The notes under the pieces were generated by a model, which was not told the origin of the DNA, searched no databases, and saw only the letters and a program-made list of their open reading frames with translations. The position numbers and the translations under genes are program-made. A stretch of DNA of 58,355 bases, filler included, from Sphacelaria rigidula (taxonomy: Eukaryota): NCBI GenBank assembly GCA_964200075.2. It is 4 parts of 4 records of this genome, joined end to end, with 100 filler letters (N's around TTAATTAATTAA, not from the genome) between each part and the next. Parts side by side here need not be neighbours in the genome. Positions count along the whole stretch, not along the records: positions 43,844 to 58,355 come from CAXNAA020002215.1; 3 more parts are not named here. One strand, given 5' to 3'. Shown piece after piece: positions 48,013-58,355 of the stretch (the first letter of the stretch is position 1; every line of letters starts with the position of its first letter).

Positions 48013-50809
48013 ACCGGTTCTGGCAAGTAGAATACGGTGATCAATGAGGTGACTGCTACTCGAGGTTCCCGATATATTTAACCGTGAATTACTCTTGGAA
48101 ATACAGGGAATCTCGAGTTTGAGATGCCTTAGGATCGCATGAAACGGAGTAAGGGTAAAGCGTTGCAGATTCGAAAGTTGAAGTTCGAAATAAACGGGCA
48201 AACTCATAGTCGCTACTTTACGACTGAGCTGGCTCTGTTTCGGCGCTAGCGACAAGCAGTAAAAATCAGGCTGGAAAGAAAGAAAGTGCGTCTCAGACAT
48301 GGGCATCAATCTGCAGGTCGGTACTCAAAGGGTTGGGATTCACCCTTGAGCACAGATGAAGGATACCTTGGTCTGACAATATATTTCTTCAAGTGTGAAG
48401 AACATGGTGGCGATTCGACAGATGAATGCCCGTGGGCAACCGAAGGACTACTCGTGTTGCATTTGAATGAAGTTAACGTTGAACGAAAATCAGTGAATCC
48501 TCGAGTTTATTTCGAAGTAGTCATTGGTGCCTTCCTCTCTTGTTACGATAAACAAGGACAGGACCACCAGCTGTGGCGTGCGGTGGAATTTGCCGGTGCG
48601 TGGTGTCTAAAATCAGAATTTCACCACATGCCCGCTTGTGACTGGTTAACGCGGCCAGGCATGAGCTGGGTGGGGCTGGTTGAACCGGACCGGTGGACCG
48701 GTGGCACCCACCCGCGTGGCTGCTACACTGTCATTGACATACGACTGAGAAAAAGATGTCCTCTCACATTCCTTGCGTGCAAACGTTTCTTTTATCGGCG
48801 AGAAATGGGTGGCGTCATTTGTGTCCGTCCCCGGAATATTGAATCATTCATCGTACCTCAGTGTGAAAATAGATGCTTGAAAATAAATACAAGTGCAGTA
48901 AGCTCATCCTCTTTTCCCTCCTCTACGCTGGTCAACACAGGGCTGCCGCATTTGAACAGGTGCTGATATCCCGGGATAATGCCTGAAACATGTGCACTGA
49001 ACGTTCATCTTCATTTACCACGTATAACAAATATATCTGAATTCAGTCCCCCCTCCTTTTGCCACGTGTCCATTTGTTGCGTGGAAAGTCATCATGGGCC
49101 ACGTTTACGCATTGCGATCGAGTTTGTCCCTACAGGAAAGCGAAAACAAAACAAAATGTATTCTAAATAGAATACTGACGGTGGGTTCGATAGAAGCCAC
49201 AATGGTTTCACATCAGTGGGGCATGCTGCGTGAAACAAGCTTTGTTTGTCGGATTTTTGAAACCAAGAATCGCCTCGCAAGTTTCCATGTTTCATCACCG
49301 CTCACGGCGGAACCAGCGGCCGCAATTCATTATGAATGCTACTCATGGGTGTTCCCGGCGTCATCTACCATTTCACTCATACCAGCTGCTGCAGACAACA
49401 GTATGTTTTGAAAAGCATTCGACAACAGCAGCGAGGGGGGGCACTGTACTACTGTAATATAATCGGAACTATTTGTCATGAATAACAGTTCTTCAGGGCA
49501 CCCCGGGAAGTGCAACGGATGATCGCAGAAGTAAACCACATCGTCGCGTGCGGCTCTTCTGAGACGCCACAATTCAAAGCGACGAACGCGTGACTTGATG
49601 AAACACCATAGGAGGCTCGGTCAGTTGTGACAGGTGGCCCTCGTTTCCATGCTTCAACTCGAACGTTGACAATAATGGTCTCCCTGTAACACCAACTACC
49701 CGGCGTACTCAACGGCGCAGGTTAAGCCGCACGGCATCCGGGTTCAAAATGTCTCGTGATAATGTCGATGCCATCATCATGAGTGGGGTACACAGTACGG
49801 CACCACTACTATAGTACGGTGTAAGAGGCACCGTTGCAAATGTAGCGGTACTCACAGCACAGCAAGAATACGACCACCAGCAGCGGAAAAACCTGACCTG
49901 TCCCACAGGTCGGTTCGCCCACCTGCCCTGCCTTGTACTACGTTGCACAGACGAAGCGTTAGCCCGGATTCTGCCTCTCTTCAAGCAACCGTGGACCACA
50001 TCAGGTAGGTGGGGGAGAGTCGTACTGCTGACGAAAAGACTACGCCAGCAGGTAGAGATGTGTATCTGATTTCCAATTGGTGTTCTGACTAACACATCCT
50101 GGTACGCACCAACACCCAATGACAGCTCAAGCCGGCCCTGGGGGCATCCGCTTCATCATTTCCAGCCGCCAACGGATCCAATCTTTCCCAAGAGTACCCT
50201 GAACGTACAGCGTTTCGGGGGAGGTACATCTGGGTGTATGCAACATACTCCACGATATCATATCGAGACTACGCTGCTGTATCACTTGCGTTCGACTCTG
50301 CATCGAGTACGGCCGCGTGTTGGCACGCGGTACATATCGGCAAGTACGAGAAAACAGCCAGCGCTACAGCACGGTATGGCGTGGTGGACTCCGGAGCGAA
50401 CTCTTTCACCAATATCTTGTCCTTTCGAAAGTCCATTGACGCTGTAACCAGGTGTACCCTTTTTTGAGAAAGTCGGATCAGAATGCACCTTTTTTCAATT
50501 TTTTTGTTGTCCCCTGGCAAAAGGCGTTTTTTGGCATGCAGCCCGCCGCGGGCGGGTGCGTAAATAACGGCCGCTTTCGTGATTTCCACAAGTCTTGAGC
50601 AAAATTGTGGGACGATCCCCTCGTGCGTCCACACTGCCCACAGCAGGTTTTGCACCCACACACACAGTGCACACTTTCACATCGCCATCAGTCTGGTTTT
50701 TCTATACGCCCTTAGTCTCATTAAGTCCACTTCCACGAAGCAAAGGCAACAAGCAGCTAGCTACCCGGCAGCAGCTCGCACGCGTCGCAAATCTTCCTCA
50801 AGCACTTAA

Positions 50810-51082
<273 letters not shown>

Positions 51083-54000
51083 TGAGTTGGGATGGATAAG
51101 ATATTTAGAGGTGTGGCGGGTATATACCGGCCGGCGCTAGCGTCTGACAGGCTAGCCAGGGCGGTAGGATGCGTGTGTGGATCTGTGACTGTCCCTGTGC
51201 GGGTCGCTTCCTCTAATGCTTGTGTTGCAAACGTGGCGGGTTCAGAGAAGGATCGGGCCAGTCTTGGGCTGTAATTTGTTGGTGAGAATATCTAGATCTC
51301 GCACACGCGCGGGGAAGTGTGCGGTGAACAAATCGAATCGTTCTACACTATGCTCGGTATTTTCACAAGGGTTGAGGGAAGTTTGTGCTAGCTATGATGG
51401 TCTGTTCGATGCCGCCCATGTTGAGCAACCCCCCCCACTGTCAAACTGACATTACACACAAATTCTCAAGATGAAGTTTTTTCGCGCGCGCTTACAGATG
51501 GACCCCATGAACACACGCTGTTCTATCCTTGTTCTTGGGATCCTTTTGAGCACAGTACAAGACGCAACGTGCGAACGTTTGCCTCGAGCCCGTCCTTCGA
51601 AGACTGTTCCTCTGCACGGGCGCGTCTTGAGACATACAAAGTTTCAACACCGAACGAAAACAGTCACCCCCCGCTCGCAGCGGGACAGGCTCTTCCGTAC
51701 GGTCATCCTTTGACACCCTCGAATAGATTTGAATCTATCCTTTTGCGATGCACGCACCCTCCCTCCTACTCCCTCGCTCATTTCCCCCAACACAAGCCGT
51801 TCAGTGGTATTGAATCTATGCTGCGTACTCTCCATCCCGAGACGAGGACGTCACGATCTGTTCGCTTGAGATCTGCGTGCCAACAAAACCCCAGCGATCT
51901 TGTGCATTCGAGCAAACCTACCCTGTTTTTGTCGGGTATCCTTACTGAACGTCACTGTCCATACCCACGGTATAGTACAGTGCAGTACGGTATAACTGCT
52001 GTACACTACAGATAAACTACACACCTGCCCAAGAACCGGTTGGCGACTCGACTAGGTAGTGGACCAACAACCACCGTTGATCCTTATTGTTCGTTTTCGT
52101 GTTCCGTTGTTTCGATTCCATACTTTCCGAAATTTTGTTTCACGCGATGCGACACTGCATGGCGCACCGTTTGAAAGCTATTCCTGTACACTCACCCTCC
52201 TACCCCCTCGTTCCCTACGCAAATTTCATCTTGTCGTGGATTGAAGCTGCATTGAGATTTTCGCCGCTTGTTCGTACGTATGTACATGAACACCCAATCG
52301 TCTCCGCCACCTCGGGCTGCTGTTTTCGTGACAATCATACCCTTGTTCGGAGCCCTTTCGTGTGTTGCACCAATCTGTGGTCACATGCATGCTCTGTATA
52401 CTTGATCAAGAGTGCAGTACACATCGTGTTTATCCTGCGATCGGCTCGGTGATGTGGCCATGTCCGACTGACTGCCTGTTGTGTTCGCATGATCAGCATC
52501 CGGGTAGATATATCGCGGTGATGACCCTCACCCGCCACTTGAGATAATGGCGTTCGAGCTCGCACCGCATGCGTTTCCCATCTCGCCGGGCGGGTGTTCC
52601 GAGCAGATGTAGTTGGATCCTTCCTCCTTCTCAGTTTTCCGGTGTGGTTCCGTTGTATAACGCTCGAAATCACGTCTCCTGAACACTTGCGTAATGTGGA
52701 CACAGATGTCGTTGGCACGAAAACAAAAGTCAAGGACGTTGCTTGTACAACGACGTTGCACTTTAACAGCCGTCAAGTTATAAAACATCTCTTTCTGTCG
52801 TTCGGCATGAGGAGTATGAGGATTGACACCCCTAATGTTGACGTTGAACATGTGTTGTGCACTTGCCACAGTTGTACCGTGGCTGCACCACTTTTTTTTC
52901 GTGTCTTGGATCAACGGCCCGCACAAATATCCGACTTTCCCTGGGCTCCTTGTTCGGCTTCTGCTGCGTATGAGGAGTCCATGCAAATTCCCGTCCTCCA
53001 GGCTGACGAAGCCGGTGCAATCCCTGTGTTGGCAGACAACCGTCATTCTTCATGAAAAAACCTTTGACCGGGTATTTTTGTGCTCGAGTGGGTGGGGATT
53101 TGTAAGTGACTGAGTGGTCTGTCGCATGTACCGTAGAGGTGCAGCAGGAATCGGTAAATCAATGGTAAATTGTCTCGGGGATGGAACTGTTTTGTTGGAC
53201 ATTTGCGTCATGGAGTTCTTTCAAATGTTCCTGACTTCGTGCGTCGGGTAGGCGGGCGGACGGGGCGGGGGGAGATGCTGGTTCTATCGCCTGTTTTTAA
53301 TATAACGCACCAATCGTCATTCAAGTTGGTTGACGTTATACCTCAAGATGTCTACGCCCACGTACGTGCACAACTTGTATTTAGTGTCTACACGAAGAAG
53401 GATTCGACTTGGGTGGTGACGTTGGTCCTGTGAAGCCTTCGATCACAATTTGGCCATTCCAATCTATTCACACCCTGGCAGAAAGTATACTCCCCGCGCC
53501 CATGTCGCGGTCCGCAGTACGGTCGCGATTGCGGACTCGGAAGACCCCATTATTGTCTTGTGTACGTCCTTTTAGTAAGGTAATATGCTTCGCACCCGGC
53601 TGTGATTTCATCTCTGTTGCGGTGACATGTGCCTAGAAGTGCGTCGTTGATGTGAGCGAAGCAGGCAGTCGATATACAATCCGTCTTGGATTTGAAGTGA
53701 GCGGGCAGCGGATCCAAGGAATGACAATGGTGTTGACGGGAGTTTTTCTATGGCAATTAACTACGTGAGTGAGATTCAAAATATGGATGGCCAGTCGAAT
53801 AATGGTATAACTTCAGTGGTAACACTGCTCTAGCCATGTGATGGCTCATTGTCTCTTGGGTCTGAATGCCAACAGGTCGGTAGCCCTTCGGGTTGCAACC
53901 TGCGAGCTGGCGATTCGCATCCTATCGTCATGTCGGGGATCATCCGTTTTGAACGATTGCTCTCGGAGCAAGGGATGCCCAAAATCCGCCTCTCGAGAGC

Positions 54001-54926
54001 GCACCGGCTGTTCGTAAACGCTCGCAGAAGTGATCCGTGGAACGCGATAGCGCCGTTGGAGTGCAAAACCACATGCAATATCAGAATAGTTTTTTTGCTG
54101 TCAAAAGTGCACGGCCGTGTTCGGCCGCGGTACAGTCCAGTTAACTCCTCTCTTCTCTACTTTTCGTTTTGAGGTTGATGTCGATGTCGCCGAAATTTTT
54201 GTAGCTTAATAACATGCGTGAATATGGAGGGTCTCTTCCTCCGAATTGTGTGCATTTTCGTGGCGACGCGGCATCAAGGCTTGACGCGCGCACGAGCCCA
54301 GATATTGCACACAGCCGAGTCGACTGGCTGGGGCACCCTGGCGGTTACAGTATAGGCAACATCGCAAACCTTCCATTGCCACTGTTTTTTATTTATTTAT
54401 TTTTCAAGACCCCCGGACCCCTTCCCCTCTCTGGTTCAGTCATCACTTTTGACCGGACGCCACCGCAAACGAAGAGCAACGGTTGTTGGATTCCTGAAGA
54501 TCCGTCACTATACTTCTGCGAAGTGTTTTTTAACGCAATTTCGGGAACTTGAATCGTAGTTTCATAGCTCGTATCAGCTGCTCGCTTTTGGTGTCGGACG
54601 ATTGTCGAGTATTTTATCGTCCGCCTCCCACTCCCCATTCGCATCATTTTTGTGGCGAGTGCAAAACAACTGCAATCGGCGCCCATTTCCCACACGTAAA
54701 CCGCTCGCTACGCTCCCCCGCCAACCTAGCTGACCGTGCATTACTGGTAGGTCGACGAATTTCGTGTTTCACATGCGCCGACAGCACCCTCGACAAGATG
54801 GCAGGTCGGCTTGAACGTGATTGTTGCCTATGAACATTGCCCCCCGCGGGGGTTGATCACCCGACCTTTGTTTACTCCCTTGACCACGTGGTAGTAGCCC
54901 ATCTGGATCATGCATGCTTTCTCTAA

Positions 54927-55110
54927 GGCCGTGTCTTATCAAATTGTTTTGGTGTCCAAAACGTGCGGTCGTCGAATCGAATTCGCTCGTTTCTGATTCG
55001 TCCACGCTACCAATTTTCTGAGATGGTTGAGAACATGATTGCCATGGACGTATCCGGTACGAGCAAACTTGATTCCACCGCGCTTTTTCGAGTCAAAAAC
55101 AGACACGGCC
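54927..55110. repeat. Imperfect foldback of about 184 bp (MITE-like hairpin) in the calmodulin intron
   Basis: Arms pair along the whole length: GGCCGTGTCT...AGACACGGCC, GAATCGAATTCGCTCGT...ACGAGCAAACTTGATTC and GTCCA...TGGAC. Confidence 0.75.
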
Positions 55111-55129
55111 TACGTGGATTGAAGACGCG

Positions 55130-55235
55130 TTAACCCTTAGACCGCGAGATTCGTCTTTCTGGATCATGCATACTTTTTTTCACTTGAAATTGATGCCGAT
55201 TCAACAGAAGACTAACCTCGCGGTCTAAGGGTTAA
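55130..55235. mobile_element. piggyBac-type MITE (98 bp, 55134-55231) with TTAA TSD
   Basis: TTAA-CCCTTAGACCGCGAG...CTCGCGGTCTAAGGG-TTAA, near-identical to 9117-9213. Confidence 0.94.
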
Positions 55236-58200
55236 CCTGATGGCCTATGGTCGTTGTCAACGAGTTGGTACTGGAGAGAAGTTCATGCTTGAACGGGAGT
55301 TCGAAGTTGTTTCGAAACGTCCATGTCTCATTGGTTGAATAACCCCTCTGTTGTACAACATGCGCACGGGTGCACGGTACGAAGTGATCTTGTTGACGAA
55401 TATAGTCGAACACAATTTTACTCCTGGCCTGGCCTCCTACGTTGAACTATTACCGTTCATCTATCTGCTAGTATCATTAGTAGCCGCTCATGTGCATCGG
55501 ACCACAGTACGTGGCGGTAAAGTCGGTCGAAACTCACGGGCCATTTATTTAACTCCCTAGGAACTCCAAGAAAGTAAGCTAGAGATTCGGAAGTCACGAT
55601 TTTCCGTCGAAATATGGTCGATGCCCCACATTTTTTTCAAATACATCCACCAACGTGCGGGATGCCATACCTGCAAATCTGTGAAAAAGTGAAAAGCAGG
55701 ACTCATGGCCAAGGACTCCGCTATCTCTTGCACATGCGCACGACGAAGTACGAACGCCAATATACGATGTAGAAAAGTGATCCTTGCAGCATGACTGGAG
55801 AAATAGTGTTGCTGAAGCTTGCAGCCACAGCCAGCACTACCCGTACCGCGTCATGCACGCTGTTAGTGGTAGCAATGAACATGAGCACATAGTACAAGTA
55901 GCCGTGTACTGTACCGGTAGCGCTTGCTTTGCTGCCTTGCGGCACAACGTATGCTGCACGGGCGCCCTGGGTAAAGTACAATTTCACGTCGACCCGCACA
56001 TCCTTCGGTCGATTTGCTCGCTTGCTTGTTTCCGCCGTGCCATTAATGACTCCATCTCTGCATGGATTATGTAACAGACATGACGACTCAACAGCATTCG
56101 CGTACCTGTGGAATGTGTGGCTGATGAAGAAACTGTACTCGCCATCAAACCCATCAAACACAGGATCACCTTCAGCAAGCGGGTATTGGTGTGCAGAACT
56201 CCCACGCCCTGACTCACGGCACGTGCCGCATTTTTATTGTAAGGTGGAGAAACTAAACACGTTTGATCTAGCCCGAAACTGGCTGTTGAGATGGGTGATG
56301 ATGTAGACGCGTCTGGAGTCGAAAAATAATCATATAGCCCTTCTCGACTCGTTCACGTCTGACAAAAAGGCGCAACGTGTACACGAGAGCGTGCCAGCTT
56401 GCAGCGCGCTCCATGCTCGGAGAGCGGGGTGCTTGCTCAATACTTGGTGCGGGGTGCTTGCTCTATATATTGGACTGTTACGTGCATAGTACAGTCTAGT
56501 CAGAGCAGCATGGTGCTTTGCAATGGTGCATGCACATACTTCCGTGTGTAGGAACGTGACATCTCGACTGGTGGACGCCCAAGACGATCTACACAACTAC
56601 GACTGATGGAATTACGAGCGGACATCGCATGTTTGGCAAATGGAATAATCGATACATCGACAATTCTGTGTTCGAAGATCCCAGTCACCAGACCACAACC
56701 ACTTGTTACAGTACATCGACACAACGGGGGCGAAAGAAAACAATTTGCACCCCCCCCCCCCGGAAACACGCATCTTGAAAAATGACCTTTGGGCGCTAAC
56801 GTACATTTGTACAACACACGTAACGTTTGGTTTGACCCCTCGTGAAGGAGCATGGTGTGCCTTGTTCCATGGGAAACTGTCAACCGTCGAGGGAACAGCA
56901 GCAATTTGCGTGGATCATGACACCTGTTGATGGAAGTGTGACAGGCCAACTGATATTATTTCAGTTAAGCCGAACTCGATACCTTGTTCCACCATCGCTT
57001 TGGCACCAAAAATACCCGAACAGTGAGTGCGCAGCGCACTGGTACGTACCAGACCCACACTTCGGGTTACTGCATGTTGATGTGCTTGCCTTGTAGCTCT
57101 CAAGTCAACTAGAGCGTGGCCTATTCGTACCTTCTTTTCGTCGAAACAAAGCAGCATCAACAGTCCACCCTTCAAGTTCGTAATTTTGTACAGCTGTGTA
57201 CCGAGTTGGCCATGCCCTGTGGTACAAAATTACGACAGTGGCATAATGCTCAGTTCTGTCCCCGTAACAGGTGGTTGTCGAAGAGCATTGTATAATGCAC
57301 CATTTTTGTATAACCAACTCTGTGCCCGTAACATGTGATCTGGATACGACGATACGATTGAGTACTCTTCACCCAAAGTGTCCGGTGATTACGGTACTGA
57401 GCCGACCAGTTACGTGTATACATCTTTTGTAAGTGCATGGCGTCTGCTTGTAGATCGTCCACTTCCCTTCCCCTGTACCCATGGGTGCGTTCGGTCTTTC
57501 ATAGTTCCATCTTTTGTTCTCTTTCAAGTCTCGAGGTAGTTGGGCGTCTCGACCGGAGATGAAACGGGCGGGTTTCAAAAGGGTTGATGCCCTGCTCTCC
57601 AGTGCCGAAACCTCGAGGTTGTACGTCACCAAAAAATTGCCGGTTCTGACTTTGAAATACAGCTTGTGATACTTTTCGTGCGTCGACCTCACGTGATACG
57701 TGGAGGGTCATGCACACCAACCGCAGGCGGCGTACCTCTATATCGATTGGAAGTCCAGCTACCTCATGTTTTTTAGAATTTTGGCCAGCTAATCCAGATT
57801 TACTCGAGGAATCTGGACTGCCTCGTTGTATACTACTTGGCATGACTGAGGGTACCTCTGTTGGTGTGTGGAGGCAGAATGTCTTGTAAATCCATGCACG
57901 AACACTTTCACTGTACTGTTTCATGACTATGACAACCCCTGACGAGACCGCGATAGCTGCGGTCACGTCGTTGCACCCACCCTCATCCTGTCGCTGAAAG
58001 ATGACGATGTATTGGCGGCTTTGCGTTCGAGTGATGAATGGGATGTCGGAGTTTGAGGTACCTCGACATACTAACCGAATTTCGCGTGGCATTCGATTGC
58101 TTTGCGTTCTGCATGGTTTGTAGAAGTCACCGTTTGGTTGACGTTGGGACATAACCTACTTCGTTCCAGTGAGGGTCAAATGGCCGAATCGATTAGTATA

Positions 58201-58355
58201 CGGGATGGGGAGCAGGTACCACCTCAGTTGTATTCCCCTCCCCCCTCTTGGTCTTACGACTATGGCATGCATGATCACGAGTACCCCCCCCCTCAATCAA
58301 GTAGGTGAGACAGTATCACTAGTAATGATGGATGCACTGACCATGTCTTCCTCCC

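Noticed and set aside
47085-48730. hAT-like element with CAGT ends and CCGGT subterminal repeats
   Set aside because: The terminal similarity is loose and there is no 8-bp TSD.
49043-49447. Tc1/pogo-like MITE (CAGTCCCCCCTC...GAGGGGGGGCACTG)
   Set aside because: There is only about 12 bp of imperfect TIR and TA is present on one side only, which is insufficient support.

Overview
This is eukaryotic DNA dominated by transposable elements, almost certainly from a brown alga (Phaeophyceae). The evidence is a stramenopile-type calmodulin exon, an EsV-1-7 repeat gene and chromodomain-bearing Ty3/Gypsy remnants. It is not one locus: four contigs (14517, 14513, 14513 and 14512 bp) are joined by artificial 100-bp N44-TTAATTAATTAA-N44 linkers, so adjacency across a linker means nothing. 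Host coding sequence is limited to calmodulin exon 1, a frameshifted EsV-1-7 repeat gene and one orphan 171-bp exon. The rest is four decayed Ty3/Gypsy copies, a structurally intact LTR element with no recognisable gag/pol, an RTE LINE 3' end, tRNA-derived SINEs, a pogo-like remnant, several MITE families and microsatellites. The most unusual signal is in contig 1: arrays with a 42-43-bp period in which AT-rich boxes (YATATTG-N6-CAATATATATTG) are conserved while two GC-rich interspacers vary. A related 43-bp lattice lies inside a CACAC...GTGTG element with an 8-bp target-site duplication. These look superficially like CRISPR/TIGR arrays, but no effector gene is visible. The more parsimonious reading is transposase-binding lattices of a Zisupton/KDZ-like DNA transposon; a guide-RNA role remains testable. 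All calls were made by eye, without database searches.
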